Assembly (NCBI GenBank): GCA_046724685.1
Contig: JBKOXA010000074.1
Coordinates: 8,172-72,171 of the forward strand
Direction of reading: 5' to 3'
DNA length: 64,000 bases
DNA from: Acidobacteriota bacterium
GTDB taxonomy: Bacteria; Acidobacteriota; Terriglobia; Acidiferrales; UBA7541
Positions 19,082 through 30,448 of this stretch are shown here, piece by piece. The notes beneath the pieces were generated by a model. It searched no databases. It was not told the origin of the DNA and worked only from the letters and a program-made list of their open reading frames with translations. Numbering within the stretch: the first letter of the stretch is position 1; every line of letters starts with the position of its first letter. Position numbers and translations under genes: made by a program.

Positions 19082-20118
19082 AGAAAATAGCCATTCTCGG
19101 CGCGGGCAGTTGGGGAACAGCCCTGGCGATGGTCCTGACCCGCAGCCGCCAGCCGCACGAGATTTCCCTGTGGGTTCACGACCGCAAACTCGCGGAAGTT
19201 CTCTGCCGTGAGCGGGAAAACCAAACGTACCTGCCGGGAGAAAGGCTACCGGAAAAGGTAGAAGTCACGAATGACATCGGCGCAGCGATGATTAACGCGC
19301 AGATCGTGGTGGGCGCGATTCCGGCGTCGTATGCCCGCAAAGTTTATGCGTTCGCGAAACCGCACTGGCATTCGGAGATGATTGTGGTCAGCGCGACGAA
19401 GGGGCTGGAGCCAATTTCGCATGCCCGAATGAGCGAAGTGATTCACGACGTGCTCGGCGATGCCGCAGGCGCACGGGTTGCGGTGTTGTCAGGACCTTCT
19501 TTCGCGCTGGAGGTTGCCAAGGGGGAGCCGACCGCCGTCGTGGTCGCGGGCCGTCCGGTCCTCGAATTGACACGCGTTGTGGGCCGGCATTACGCGGATC
19601 CCGCGGGCGAAGTGCAAGCCGAGTTTGCTGGGCCTGCATTCCGTCTCTACACCAACAACGACGTGCTCGGAGTGGAGCTTGCGGGCGCAATGAAAAACGT
19701 GATCGCGATTGCGGCGGGAGTTTGCAGCGGGCTGGGCTTCGGCGCAAATTCGCTCGCAGCACTAATTACGCGTGGGCTGGCAGAAATGGCTCGTCTCGCT
19801 ACAAGGCTGGGCGCGAAACCGGAGACCCTGAGTGGGCTGGCGGGGTTGGGCGACCTAGTCTTGACGTGCACCGGCGCGCTTAGCCGGAATCGGCACATCG
19901 GCATCGAGTTGGGAAAGGGTCGACACCTAAAGGAGATCCTTGCCGAGATGAAAATGGTCGCCGAGGGAGTGGGTACTACAGCAGCGCTGCTCGACCTGGC
20001 GACCGAAGCGAACGTCGAGCTGCCGATCACGGCGCAAGTGAACGCCATCCTGCACGAGGGCAAGTCACCATCCCTTGCCATCCGCGGGGTGATGGAACGC
20101 CCATCGAAGCGCGAATAG
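19078..20118 (+). CDS. gpsA: NAD(P)H-dependent glycerol-3-phosphate dehydrogenase
   Basis: GAGSWGTALA, ATKGLE, LSGPSFA, KNVIAIAAG, GLAGLGDLVLTCTGALSRNR. Confidence 0.95.
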   Translation: MKKIAILGAGSWGTALAMVLTRSRQPHEISLWVHDRKLAEVLCRERENQTYLPGERLPEKVEVTNDIGAAMINAQIVVGAIPASYARKVYAFAKPHWHSEMIVVSATKGLEPISHARMSEVIHDVLGDAAGARVAVLSGPSFALEVAKGEPTAVVVAGRPVLELTRVVGRHYADPAGEVQAEFAGPAFRLYTNNDVLGVELAGAMKNVIAIAAGVCSGLGFGANSLAALITRGLAEMARLATRLGAKPETLSGLAGLGDLVLTCTGALSRNRHIGIELGKGRHLKEILAEMKMVAEGVGTTAALLDLATEANVELPITAQVNAILHEGKSPSLAIRGVMERPSKRE

Positions 20119-20212
20119 ACCTGTACAAATGGACAGGTACGCAAGGGTCAATGCCGAATGCGCACTTCCCTCATTCGCTCTCCGTTTGTAGCGCGGCCGT
20201 TACCGATAAAAT

Positions 20213-22021
20213 GTGTTCTGGAACATGGTGGAGACTTTCACCTCGATTGTGGGAAGGCTGCGCGCCGGTCGCGTGCGGCTGTTATGGCTCGTATTGGGCG
20301 CCATGCTGCTCGTTAGTCCCCTGCCTCTTGTTCTGTATCACCGGCAAGTTCTGAAGCTGAGCCAGGACAAGCTGGTGGACACCGAGCGTGTGCAGCAGAC
20401 GGAGCTCACCCGTTCACTCGCGCAGGAGCTGCAGCAGTTTGAATCCAACGTCACGCAACAACTGACGAGTGATCGGCAGATCCTGGTCCTAACCGACGCG
20501 ATCCAGGACATCGAGGATCCCACGGCGGAGCCGAAAGTTACACGTCTTCTGGAAAATTCCGTCGAGAGCAATCCGTCGACATTTCTTTATCTGACGGCGG
20601 TGGGGAAGACCGGTAAAGGCACCAGCGCGTCGCAGGGAAATTTTCGCGCGGACAAGGATCCTTTCGTCAGCAAGGCGCTGCAGCGTGCTTTCATCACCTG
20701 CATGCAGTCACCACAGCTGGGTTCGGTGAAGTTTCGCAGCGATCCATTGGCGCTCGACCCCGATAACCAGCCGGCCTTCGTGGTCGCCATTCCGCTGACG
20801 GCGAAAGACCAGTTCACGGGGATGATAGCGGCCGTCGTTTCACTGAATCCAATTCAGCATCGGCTGAAAGACGCGAGCGTCCGCGGCCGGAGCGTTTTTG
20901 TGGTCGATCATCAAGGGCACATTGTCGCCCACTGGGACACGCCGAAATTCACACCCGGAGAAGATGTCAGTTCGACATCGACGGTCGTGGCTCGCGTGCG
21001 ATCCCTTCCCCAGGAGCTTCGCAGCACGGAAACGATGCGCTTCTCGGAAAAAGAAGGCAACCGCAAGGTGGAGATGATCGGAACGTACAGCACGTTCCCG
21101 GAAGTGAATTGGGCCGTGATTGCGCAGCGGAGCCTTTCCGAGGCGCGCGCCGACGCCGGGGTTACCGAGCTGAATCGCCAGGCGCTCACGTTCGTAAGCA
21201 TCGTCGTACTGATCGCCATCATCGTCGGTTACTTTTTCGCCGTTGCGATCAGCCAGCCGATTCACGGACTCGCAGCTTCAACGCGCGCCATCAGCCGGGG
21301 TGAATTCCATCAGCGCACCAAAGTACAAGGCGCAACCGAAATCAGCGAGCTCGCCGAAAATTTCAACAAGATGGCCGGCGACATCGAAGAGTACATTGAA
21401 AAACTCAAAGAAGCCGCCGAAGCCAATCGCGAACTCTTTCTTGGTTCGATCCGCATGCTGGCCGCCGCCATCGACGAGAAGGACCCTTACACCCGAGGCC
21501 ATTCCGGGCGTGTAGCCAAATATTCCACGTTGATTGGACGCGAGCTCGGGCTTTCTGAAGAGGAGCTCGACAAGCTGAGGATCGCCGCTTTGCTGCATGA
21601 CGTCGGAAAAATCGGCGTCGACGATCGCGTTTTGAAGAAGCCCGGTGCTTTGACACCCGACGAGTTCGACTTGATGAAGCAGCACACCGTCAAAGGCGCA
21701 AACATCATGCGTCCCGTTTCACAACTGAAGGAGATGCTGCCCGGGATCGAACTTCACCACGAGCATATGGACGGGCACGGCTATCCATATGGCCTCACGG
21801 CAGCAAAGATTCCGCTGATGGCGCGGATCATTGCCGTGGCGGACACGTTGGACGCCATGACCACTAACCGGCCCTATCAGACCGCAATGGATCTGGAATT
21901 TGCGCTCGCGCGCATCAAGACGCTGACGGGCACAAAGTTCGACGCAGTAATTGTCGGGGCTCTGGAAGCCTCCATCACGGGCGGCAAACTCCGGCTGACC
22001 GCCATCGAAGTCCAAGTCTAA
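20213..22021 (+). CDS. Membrane-bound HD-GYP phosphodiesterase with a periplasmic Cache-like sensor and a HAMP domain
   Basis: Two TM helices flank a large extracytoplasmic region. HAMP (EISELAENFNKMA), YTRGHSGRV, LHDVGKIG, HHEHMDGHGYPYGL, IAVADTLDAMTTNRPY. Confidence 0.9.
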   Translation: MFWNMVETFTSIVGRLRAGRVRLLWLVLGAMLLVSPLPLVLYHRQVLKLSQDKLVDTERVQQTELTRSLAQELQQFESNVTQQLTSDRQILVLTDAIQDIEDPTAEPKVTRLLENSVESNPSTFLYLTAVGKTGKGTSASQGNFRADKDPFVSKALQRAFITCMQSPQLGSVKFRSDPLALDPDNQPAFVVAIPLTAKDQFTGMIAAVVSLNPIQHRLKDASVRGRSVFVVDHQGHIVAHWDTPKFTPGEDVSSTSTVVARVRSLPQELRSTETMRFSEKEGNRKVEMIGTYSTFPEVNWAVIAQRSLSEARADAGVTELNRQALTFVSIVVLIAIIVGYFFAVAISQPIHGLAASTRAISRGEFHQRTKVQGATEISELAENFNKMAGDIEEYIEKLKEAAEANRELFLGSIRMLAAAIDEKDPYTRGHSGRVAKYSTLIGRELGLSEEELDKLRIAALLHDVGKIGVDDRVLKKPGALTPDEFDLMKQHTVKGANIMRPVSQLKEMLPGIELHHEHMDGHGYPYGLTAAKIPLMARIIAVADTLDAMTTNRPYQTAMDLEFALARIKTLTGTKFDAVIVGALEASITGGKLRLTAIEVQV

Positions 22022-22109
22022 GCGCGCAGCCCTTACGCAAGGGCCACGGCCTCCGCGTTGCTTGTTCACAACGGCCTCGTCGCTTCATCTGCTACACTTT
22101 TAGCTGAAT

Positions 22110-23075
22110 ATGATTTCACTGTTTGGCAAACCGGAAAAAGCAACGGAGCCCTCGCTGTTGGAGCGCCTGAAGGCTTCGGTCACCAAGACGAAAGAGGCGC
22201 TCGCTGAAACTGTCGACACTGTCTTCCTGGGCCAAAAGCAGATTGATCCTGTGGCACTGAAACATCTGGAAACAGCGTTGCTTTCGGCGGATCTTGGCGT
22301 CAAGACGACGCGGGAAATTCTGGATTCGGTAAAGGAGAAACTGGACCGTAATGCGCTCTCCGATACCTCGCAATTGAAGCGTGAGATCAAGTCGCACGTG
22401 ACACGAATCCTGCAGTCACCGAACGGAACCGGCAAAGAGGCCGGCGGAGCCAACGGCGACAAAGAGCCGCGTGTCGTCTTTATTGTGGGCGTGAACGGCG
22501 CAGGTAAAACCACTAGCATCGGCAAACTTGCCCATCGCATGCGCCAACAGAATCTCAATGTAGTGCTGTGCGCCGCCGACACGTTTCGCGCTGCTGCCAT
22601 CGAACAACTGGAAATTTGGGCACGTCGTAACGGCGTCGAGGTCGTCAAGCAGAAATCCGGATCCGATCCGGCGGCCGTGGTCTTCGATGCAATGGCCGCG
22701 GCAAAGGCCCGCAACGCCGACGTGGTTCTGGTGGACACCGCTGGGCGCCTGCATACAAAATCGAATTTGATGGCGGAGCTCGAAAAGATGAAGCGCACCG
22801 CAGCCAAAGTGATTCCTGGCGCACCGCATGACGTCTTGCTGGTGATGGATGCGACCACCGGGCAAAACGGGCTGGCCCAGGCGCGCGAATTCACCGGCGT
22901 AGTCGGCGTCACGGGAATTGTGCTCACCAAACTCGACGGCACCGCGAAGGGCGGCATCGTGGTCGCGATTTCGCGCGAACTCGGTTTGCCGATTCGCTTT
23001 GTCGGCACCGGCGAGCAAATCGACGACCTGGTTCCGTTCGATGCCGAAACATACGCCGCTTCCCTTTTCAACTAG
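22110..23075 (+). CDS. ftsY: Signal recognition particle receptor FtsY
   Basis: [32 protein letters not shown]. Confidence 0.96.
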   Translation: MISLFGKPEKATEPSLLERLKASVTKTKEALAETVDTVFLGQKQIDPVALKHLETALLSADLGVKTTREILDSVKEKLDRNALSDTSQLKREIKSHVTRILQSPNGTGKEAGGANGDKEPRVVFIVGVNGAGKTTSIGKLAHRMRQQNLNVVLCAADTFRAAAIEQLEIWARRNGVEVVKQKSGSDPAAVVFDAMAAAKARNADVVLVDTAGRLHTKSNLMAELEKMKRTAAKVIPGAPHDVLLVMDATTGQNGLAQAREFTGVVGVTGIVLTKLDGTAKGGIVVAISRELGLPIRFVGTGEQIDDLVPFDAETYAASLFN

Positions 23076-23078
23076 CTC

Positions 23079-24197
23079 ATGAATGAGCGTGACATTCGCT
23101 TCATGGAGCGCGCGCTCGAACTTGCGCGCAAGGGCGTCGGTCTGGCGAGCCCAAATCCCACCGTCGGCTGCATCATCGTCGGGCAAGGGGTTCACAGCGG
23201 CCAAATTGTCGGCGAAGGGTTTCATCAATATGACAGGCGCAATCACGCGGAAATTGTCGCTCTCGAAACCGCCGGAGAAAGAGCTCGCGGAGCGACAGCC
23301 TACGTCACGCTGGAGCCGTGCAACATCGCAGGGCGGACAGGTCCGTGTACCGAAGCCCTGATGAAGGCAGGGATCGCGCGTGTGGTCGCTGCGACGCAAG
23401 ACCCAAATCCCAAGGTGGCAGGACGTGGATTGGATGCATTGCGCGCCGCGGATATCATCGTTGATTCCGGGATTTGTGAATCCGAAGCGCAGCGCCTGAA
23501 TGACGGATTTGCCTGCTGGATCCGCACGGGCCGGCCGTTCGTCACGTTAAAATCCGCGATGACGCTGGACGGGCAGCTCACAATTGCCAATCAACGCAAA
23601 TCCAAAAAACGCGAATGGATCAGCTCCGAAGACTCCCGCACGGAAGTACAAAGGCTTCGCCACGGTTCGGACGCGCTGCTTACGGGCATCGGCACAATTC
23701 TCGCCGATGATCCGCTTCTCACCGACCGCAGCGGCATGCCGCGCAGGCGCCGTCTTTTGCGCGTCGTCCTCGACTCCAAGCTGCGCCTTTCGCCAAGTTC
23801 GCGAATCGTGAAATCCGCGGACAAGGACCTTCTGGTGTTCACCGCCGCCCCGCTCAAATCCGCGAAGGCTCTCAAACTGCAAGATGAAGGGGTTGAGATC
23901 GTGCAGGTTCGGGCGAAGCTCGGAATGCTTGACCTGAAAATGGTTCTGCGCGAACTCGGCGAGCGGCAGATTCTGAACGTATTGCTTGAAGCGGGGCCAC
24001 GTCTGAATGGCGCAACTCTGTCGGCGCAAGTTGTGGACCGGATATTTTTGTTTTACGCCGCGAAGCTAGCGGGCCACACCACAACTCCGTTCGCAGCGGG
24101 AGCCGCCGCAAGACTGGATTTACGGCAAATGGCGTTTCGCACTTTTGGCCCGGACTTTGCCGTGGATGCCCTGCTCCATAACCATTTCAATGCTTGA
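23079..24197 (+). CDS. ribD: Bifunctional riboflavin deaminase/reductase RibD
   Basis: SPNPTVG, HAE, TLEPC...GPC zinc motifs; KSAMTLDG and GIGTILADDPLLT reductase motifs. Confidence 0.95.
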   Translation: MNERDIRFMERALELARKGVGLASPNPTVGCIIVGQGVHSGQIVGEGFHQYDRRNHAEIVALETAGERARGATAYVTLEPCNIAGRTGPCTEALMKAGIARVVAATQDPNPKVAGRGLDALRAADIIVDSGICESEAQRLNDGFACWIRTGRPFVTLKSAMTLDGQLTIANQRKSKKREWISSEDSRTEVQRLRHGSDALLTGIGTILADDPLLTDRSGMPRRRRLLRVVLDSKLRLSPSSRIVKSADKDLLVFTAAPLKSAKALKLQDEGVEIVQVRAKLGMLDLKMVLRELGERQILNVLLEAGPRLNGATLSAQVVDRIFLFYAAKLAGHTTTPFAAGAAARLDLRQMAFRTFGPDFAVDALLHNHFNA

Positions 24198-24305
24198 CGT
24201 TCCCGGTCCTGGTTGGTGGATTTCCGAAACTTGCGCTAAGCTTTAATGGAAAGCTCTAAGGGCTGACTTCCTCGCATATTCTTCACGATCGTTGAGGTAA
24301 TTCAA

Positions 24306-25796
24306 ATGAGCGCCACAGCAGTTTCAGATATCCGAGTTCCGCATTTCATCGCAGGAGAGTGGGTCAACTCCAATTCGACGGAGTGGCAGGACCTGGTGAA
24401 CCCCGCAACGCACGCGTCGCTCGGAAAGGTTCCTCTGGCCAGCATTGCGGAGGTAAACGCCGCGGTGGAGGCCGCTGCAGCCGCGTTTCCGGATTGGCGC
24501 CGCACTCCGGCCGAGGACCGCATCCAGCCGCTCTTCAAATTGAAGATGCTACTTGAAGAGCACATCGACGAACTCGCGCGCCTGATCACGATCGAAAACG
24601 GAAAAACCTTCGCCGAAGCGAAAGCCGAGCTTCGCCGCGCGATTGAAAACGTCGAGGTGGCGTGCGGCATTCCGATGATGATGCAGGGCTACAACCTTGA
24701 AGACGTCGCGCGCGGCATCGACGAAATCATGATTCGACAGCCTATGGGGGTCGTAGCGGCCATCACCGCCTTCAATTTTCCGGCGATGATTCCTTTCTGG
24801 TTCTTGCCCTACGCGATCGCAACCGGCAACACGATGGTACTGAAGCCAAGCGAGCGTGTACCGCTTACCATGAAGCGCGTGTTTGAGCTGCTGCAGCAAA
24901 TCGGCTTGCCCAAAGGCGTTGTGAACCTGGTGAACGGCGGCAAGGCCGCCGTGGACACGATTTTGGATCATCCGAAGGTTCGAGCAGTCAGCTTCGTCGG
25001 CTCGACGCCGGTTGCGAAATACATTTATGCTCGGGCCACAGCCAGTGGCAAGCGCGCGCAATGCCAGGGTGGAGCGAAAAATCCGGTAATTGTGCTGCCG
25101 GATGCGGATATGACAATGACCACCAACATCATCAGCGACAGCGCATTTGGCTGCGCGGGCCAACGGTGTCTGGCCGTTTCCGTTGCTGTCGCTATCGGTG
25201 ACGCGCAGAAGACTTTTCGCGATGCGATTGCGGAGTCCGCGTCAAAACTTCGGGTCGGCAACGGCCTAGAAGAAGGTGTCCAGATGGGCCCGGTGATCAC
25301 TCCGCAGAGCAAATCGCGGATTGAAACGCTGATCGGCGAGGGTGAAAAGTCAGGCGCAAAGATTTTGGTGGATGGTCGGAACACGAAAATCCAGGGCTAT
25401 GAGGCTGGCAACTTCGTGAAGCCGACGATTCTCGATGGTGTTCCCATCGAGAGCGAACTCGCGCACACGGAAATCTTCGGGCCGGTGCTGAGCCTCGTCC
25501 ACGCCGAGGATTTGGACCAAGCGATGTCGTTCCTAGAAAAGAATCCTTTCGGCAATCAGGCTTCGCTCTTCACTTCCAGCGGCTCGGCTGCGCGCCGCTT
25601 CCGCTATGAGGCGCCAGCCGGAAACATCGGCATCAACATCGGCGTGGCCGCTCCCATGGCATACTTTCCCTTCAGCGGCTGGAAGGACAGCTTTTTCGGC
25701 GACCTGCACGGCCAGGGGCGCGACGCCATCGAGTTCTACACCGACAAAAAAGTTGTGGTCGAGCGCTGGGCGAAAGAACACTCGCGCAAGTTCTAG
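24306..25796 (+). CDS. mmsA: CoA-acylating (methyl)malonate-semialdehyde dehydrogenase
   Basis: [74 protein letters not shown]. Confidence 0.92.
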   Translation: MSATAVSDIRVPHFIAGEWVNSNSTEWQDLVNPATHASLGKVPLASIAEVNAAVEAAAAAFPDWRRTPAEDRIQPLFKLKMLLEEHIDELARLITIENGKTFAEAKAELRRAIENVEVACGIPMMMQGYNLEDVARGIDEIMIRQPMGVVAAITAFNFPAMIPFWFLPYAIATGNTMVLKPSERVPLTMKRVFELLQQIGLPKGVVNLVNGGKAAVDTILDHPKVRAVSFVGSTPVAKYIYARATASGKRAQCQGGAKNPVIVLPDADMTMTTNIISDSAFGCAGQRCLAVSVAVAIGDAQKTFRDAIAESASKLRVGNGLEEGVQMGPVITPQSKSRIETLIGEGEKSGAKILVDGRNTKIQGYEAGNFVKPTILDGVPIESELAHTEIFGPVLSLVHAEDLDQAMSFLEKNPFGNQASLFTSSGSAARRFRYEAPAGNIGINIGVAAPMAYFPFSGWKDSFFGDLHGQGRDAIEFYTDKKVVVERWAKEHSRKF

Positions 25797-25903
25797 GACC
25801 TAGATCCTATCCGGTTTTTCCCGTCTGCCGGTGCGGCGGTGATGATGATGTGCGTGTGCGTGTGCTCGTAAGTCTTCTGTGATAAAACTCCTCTCTGGTC
25901 ATT

Positions 25904-27232
25904 GTGTCCTCTGAACCCAGCCCTTCTTCGACGAAACCCGCCGCAAAGGCCGGCATTTTTTCGTTCGTTTTCGTAATGTATTCCTACACTACGGGTGGAC
26001 CCTTCGGCCTCGAGGCGCAAGTCACCACTTCCGGCCCCGGCGTCACCCTTCTCTATCACCTGCTGATTCCTTTCTTCTGGTGCATCCCGATTTCTCTCGT
26101 GGCCGCAGAACTCACTACTGCGATGCCTGTGCAGGGCGGCTTCTATCGCTGGGTGCGCGCGGCGTTTGGCGATTTCTGGGGATTTCTCGCCGGCTGGTGG
26201 AACTGGACCGCGTCGTTTCTTCTCGGCAGCGCGTACGCAGTCCTCTTTGCCGACTATCTTTCCCCCTGGTTTCCCGCGCTGCAGGGCTGGCGTCACACGC
26301 TCATCGCGGTTGCACTCGTTGCGCTCATCACCTGGATCAATGTTCGCGGAATTCAGCTCGTTGGACGCATCTCCACGATTCTCGAGATCGCCGTTCTGGT
26401 TCCGATTCTGGCCATGGTCGCAATCGGACTCGCGCACTGGCGTCATAATCCGTTTGTTCCGCTCACGCCACCGCACAGGCCGTGGTACGAAGTCTTCGGC
26501 GTCGGCCTCGCTCTCGGAGTCTGGCTTTACTCCGGGTATGAGCAGCTTTCATCGGTTGCGCAGGAAGTTGAGAATCCGCGTCGCAATTACCCGCTGGCAC
26601 TCGCGATTGTGGTTCCCATGTCCATTGCGGCGTATTTTCTTCCGACGTTTGCGTCGCTCGCGGCCCTCAACAACTGGCAGGACTGGAAGGAGGGTTACTT
26701 CACCACGGCGGCGGGTCTTTTGGGTGGTCCCTTGCTGGGTATTGCCATGACACTCGCGGCGATGATCGCCAACGTTTCGCTGCTGAACGCAACCGTTTTG
26801 GCCACAACGCGCATGCCATTCGCGATGGCGGAAGACGGTTTTCTGCCCGTTCGCCTGACGCACCTACACCAGCGCTACGGAACGCCGGCCGCCGCGATTA
26901 TTGTTTCCGGCCTCGTGTATGCCCTGCTTACGATCCATAATCTCGCGGAGCTTATTACTGTTTACGCGTGGTTGCGGGTGGCCACCACCGTCATGACTGC
27001 GCTTTCGCTCTGGAAGCTCCGCAAAACCCGGCCGTCAATGGAGCGGCCATTTCTGATCCCGGGTGGAAAATTTGGCTTGTTTTATTCGGTCGCCGCGCCT
27101 GTTCTTATGGGAATTGTCGCATTCGCTGGCAGCATTCTGAGTGCTGGCCACTTTGTCCGCGTCTGGGGGCCAGTGGGGATTCTTCTAGGCCCGCTGGCTT
27201 ACTTGTTACTTCGCCGCCGCCTGCCTAGCTGA
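25904..27232 (+). CDS. APC family permease, probably a polyamine transporter (PUT/RMV1-like)
   Basis: About 12 TM helices and the TM1 motif YSYTTGGPFGLE, resembling the GGP[FY]GxE of eukaryote-type polyamine uptake transporters. Confidence 0.8.
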   Translation: MSSEPSPSSTKPAAKAGIFSFVFVMYSYTTGGPFGLEAQVTTSGPGVTLLYHLLIPFFWCIPISLVAAELTTAMPVQGGFYRWVRAAFGDFWGFLAGWWNWTASFLLGSAYAVLFADYLSPWFPALQGWRHTLIAVALVALITWINVRGIQLVGRISTILEIAVLVPILAMVAIGLAHWRHNPFVPLTPPHRPWYEVFGVGLALGVWLYSGYEQLSSVAQEVENPRRNYPLALAIVVPMSIAAYFLPTFASLAALNNWQDWKEGYFTTAAGLLGGPLLGIAMTLAAMIANVSLLNATVLATTRMPFAMAEDGFLPVRLTHLHQRYGTPAAAIIVSGLVYALLTIHNLAELITVYAWLRVATTVMTALSLWKLRKTRPSMERPFLIPGGKFGLFYSVAAPVLMGIVAFAGSILSAGHFVRVWGPVGILLGPLAYLLLRRRLPS

Positions 27233-28520
27233 CCCAATCCAAAAACTTGTACCACGCGCCGGCAAATGGCAAGAACCACGGCTTGCCGTTGTAAAGTCCC
27301 AGCGGCGCACCGGGAAACGGAATTCCCGCAAACGGATTATCATCCTTGCCCGTGAGGATTGCTTCGGCAATCTTTTTTCCGAGCAGGGTCGCCATGGCCA
27401 CACCGTGTCCGGCATAACCCACGGAAAAATACATGCCATCCATTTTCCCTGCATGTGGCATGATGTCGAACGCAAAATCCAGGGTCCCACCCCAAACGAA
27501 CTCGACTCTCGTCTGGCCCAGTTGCGGATAGACTTTGATCATTCCATCGCGCAAGATCCGAGCGCTCTCACGAACCGTGTTTTCGTTCTCCGGGAAAAAT
27601 GCCGCGCGGCCGCCGAATAGCATCCTTTTATCGGGTGTCAGTCGGTAGTAATACAAATAATTCTTCGAATCGTAGATCATACGATTGCGGGGACTCAATT
27701 CCGTGGCAAGTATTTCAGGCAGTATTTGGGTCACAATGATAAAGGAGCCGATTGGGATAATTCTTCGCTGTAGAGATCTTGTGATTCGGCTTGTGTAGCC
27801 GCTCGTAGCGACTAGGATTTCGCGGGCATGCAGCGCGCCACGGGACGTGGTCACGTTCCATCCTGGTCTGCCATCGCGCGATGCACGCTGTAAATCGGTC
27901 ACACATGTTTTTTCGTGAATCTCGGCGCCCGCTCGCGCCGCGGCGAACCCTAGACCCGATACATACCGCGCTGGATTTACTCCCGCGCTGACCTCATCCA
28001 CGATCCCGCCGTGATAAATCGCCGAACCGATCTCGCCGGGCAGGTCGGCTTTTTCGACAATCCGCAGCTTGTGCGCAAATTCGCGCTCAATTGTTTCCGC
28101 ACCGCGACGAAATTCCTCAAAATGTCTTGCCTTACAGGCGACTTCGAGGTGTCCGCATCGCGAAAAATCGCAAGCGATGTTTTCCTCGCGGACAATCGTT
28201 TCGACGAAGTCGATGGACTCAAGCGAAGCCGCGTACATCCGCTGGGTGGCTTCCCGGCCGTATCGCGCAACGAGGGTCGGCGTCCCGAGCTTCAGCCCGC
28301 TCAAAACCATGCCGCCGTTGCGGCAACTTGCGCCCCAGCCCACGTTTTCGGCTTCGAGGACGGCGACCTTTGCGCCACGCTGGGCCAAGGTTCGCGCCGC
28401 AGATAACCCTGTAAACCCACCACCAATGACGGCAACATCTGCAGACTGCGGCAACTCGCGGGGAGGAATCTTTGGCGGTTGAAGAGTGGTCAGCCAGAAA
28501 TTTCTCTGTGCGGGAGTCAT
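27225..28520 (-). CDS. FAD-dependent oxidoreductase, PuuB/gamma-glutamylputrescine oxidase-like (DAO family)
   Basis: [49 protein letters not shown]. Confidence 0.8.
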   Translation of the reverse strand: MTPAQRNFWLTTLQPPKIPPRELPQSADVAVIGGGFTGLSAARTLAQRGAKVAVLEAENVGWGASCRNGGMVLSGLKLGTPTLVARYGREATQRMYAASLESIDFVETIVREENIACDFSRCGHLEVACKARHFEEFRRGAETIEREFAHKLRIVEKADLPGEIGSAIYHGGIVDEVSAGVNPARYVSGLGFAAARAGAEIHEKTCVTDLQRASRDGRPGWNVTTSRGALHAREILVATSGYTSRITRSLQRRIIPIGSFIIVTQILPEILATELSPRNRMIYDSKNYLYYYRLTPDKRMLFGGRAAFFPENENTVRESARILRDGMIKVYPQLGQTRVEFVWGGTLDFAFDIMPHAGKMDGMYFSVGYAGHGVAMATLLGKKIAEAILTGKDDNPFAGIPFPGAPLGLYNGKPWFLPFAGAWYKFLDWVS

Positions 28521-30448
28521 ACCTTGTGGCTGCCCGCAGCACCACGAATCCCTGGCAGCTCCTGCACCGCGCGATACGCTTCGTCAATTGCTGCGTCGGT
28601 GTAGGCTCTGGCTGCCGAATCGGAATTGGCGATCGTGATGTTTCCGAATGGCTTCCGCCCAATCACGTTTGGCCGCGGACCTCCCGGCAAGTCGCGATCC
28701 GAATACCAGTCATATTCATATGCGTAGCCATGGGCCCAGCGATTCACGGTAATCGACTGAACGTCGCGCGCCGCGTCGAAGCCGACATCTCCCAGCATTC
28801 GCTGCAACTGTTCGCGAGTCTTCCGTTCAATAGCTTCGAACGTTGTGCTCAGCAATTCATAGCGTCCCGCTCGGTATTGGTCTTGCCGCGGCGCACCCGG
28901 ACTGCAGGGGGCTCGCAGCATGAACAACACAGCAGGTTCTTCCGGCTTGCTTGGAAACTTGTATTGGCCGATGCTGACCGGAAAATCCAGTGCCACGAGT
29001 GAGTGATATCCGCCGGGCGCAATGATCTGGTGAATACCCAGCGTCGCGAAAGGTTTCCAATTGCGGATCGCAACATGGGTGTAGAGGAACGGCGCCTTCA
29101 CAGAGTAATGCAACGCCTTCTTCTGCGTTTCAGGTAGCTCGGGACACAAGTACGGCACCATCGCGTTGTAGCAAGCCAGCACGCAGTGGCGTGCATTTGC
29201 TCGCTTCAACTTTCCTTCGCGCACGTATGCCACACGAACCACGGGTGGAGCTCCAGCCCCATGATTGTGCTTTGCATTCACCACCGTACTGCCGAGCCGT
29301 ATGCGCACTGCGCTCCCCTCGACGTCGAGCTTGCTGTAATCCGCCTTTGCAGTGACGACGTCTTCCATGGTGCTCCCCGGAACGCTTCCGGGGACCAGTT
29401 GACGAACCAGGAGGCGAGCAATCGTCGCGTTTCCGTCCGGGAAGTGAAAAATATACGGCTCGCCTCTTTCCGGATCGCCCAGGCCCAATCCGTCGAAAGC
29501 TGCGTAGGAAAACGAACCGTAGTCGTCCGGATTCTCGTAGCAGGCGAACGCGGAGATCGCTTCAATCCCGACGGCAAACAGGTCGTGCGAATATTTCTGG
29601 AAAAAGGCCAGCGATTCGGGCAACGCTCCGCAATACCTGATCAGAAAATCCGCGTAGCTGACGGTTTTGAGGAAGGCAATTTTCTGCGCTCTGGTTTTTC
29701 CCGCCAGATAGTCCTTTTTCTGCGTATAGAGCCGGGCGATGTCTTTCCGCGCGGCGGCGGAAAGGGGCGCTTTTGCAAGAAAGTCCGCCCACGGTGTCGA
29801 ACCCACCCCTGGCACCAATTTGTCCTCGCCGAACGTTTCTTTGTCGAAGAAGCAGGCAGTGCCGAGGTTCGCGTAAAGTCTCTGATCGTAAGCCTGATAG
29901 AACTTCTCGACGTCGATGCCCAAGTCTTTCAGCAAAGCCTTCGCCACGTTGCTGTACTCGCCCGGGCTTTCGATCGCCTGCGCGCCGCCATTCGCAAGCA
30001 GCAGCCTTCCGCTGACTTCAAATTCATTTCGCCGCGCGTGCCCGCCGAAATCATCGTGATTGTCGAGGATCAGAATGCGCGGGTGTTTGCCAACGGATTT
30101 CCGATAAAAATACGCAGCTGCCAAACCGCTGATTCCGGCTCCGACCACAATAAGGTCATACGATTCCGCATCGTCCTCGACCGTTCCAAGCGCCTCCCAC
30201 GATTTTCCATCCCGCAACTTGTGCGCAGTTTCAAAAACCCGATTCTGGTCGCCGCGCAACCCGGTGAGCGCCGGCGGATACGCCGGCCGCTCACTGCCGC
30301 CCGTTTCCCCACCCGGGGCCCGCAGACCGAGCGTGGCGCCCTCCAACGCAGCAGCGCCCACCGCCATCGCCGCCCCGTCCAGAAAGTCACGGCGGGTGAT
30401 TTTGCGATGCATTCCGAGTTCCCGATCTCGCGAGTCTTCGGCCATCAA
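28517..30448 (-). CDS. Tat-exported flavoprotein, spermidine dehydrogenase (SpdH)-like
   Basis: TRRDFL twin-arginine motif, [15 protein letters not shown] motif, [44 protein letters not shown]. Confidence 0.78.
   Translation of the reverse strand: MMAEDSRDRELGMHRKITRRDFLDGAAMAVGAAALEGATLGLRAPGGETGGSERPAYPPALTGLRGDQNRVFETAHKLRDGKSWEALGTVEDDAESYDLIVVGAGISGLAAAYFYRKSVGKHPRILILDNHDDFGGHARRNEFEVSGRLLLANGGAQAIESPGEYSNVAKALLKDLGIDVEKFYQAYDQRLYANLGTACFFDKETFGEDKLVPGVGSTPWADFLAKAPLSAAARKDIARLYTQKKDYLAGKTRAQKIAFLKTVSYADFLIRYCGALPESLAFFQKYSHDLFAVGIEAISAFACYENPDDYGSFSYAAFDGLGLGDPERGEPYIFHFPDGNATIARLLVRQLVPGSVPGSTMEDVVTAKADYSKLDVEGSAVRIRLGSTVVNAKHNHGAGAPPVVRVAYVREGKLKRANARHCVLACYNAMVPYLCPELPETQKKALHYSVKAPFLYTHVAIRNWKPFATLGIHQIIAPGGYHSLVALDFPVSIGQYKFPSKPEEPAVLFMLRAPCSPGAPRQDQYRAGRYELLSTTFEAIERKTREQLQRMLGDVGFDAARDVQSITVNRWAHGYAYEYDWYSDRDLPGGPRPNVIGRKPFGNITIANSDSAARAYTDAAIDEAYRAVQELPGIRGAAGSHKV

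Noticed and set aside
20119-20138. Inverted repeat ACCTGT-N8-ACAGGT right after gpsA
   Set aside because: It is short and has no T-tract. I cannot tell an operator, a weak terminator and chance apart.
25797-25903. GAT and GTGCGT micro-repeats; one minus frame reads AHAHAHHHH
   Set aside because: There is no start codon in that frame and it is too short to call a gene remnant or a phase-variable tract.
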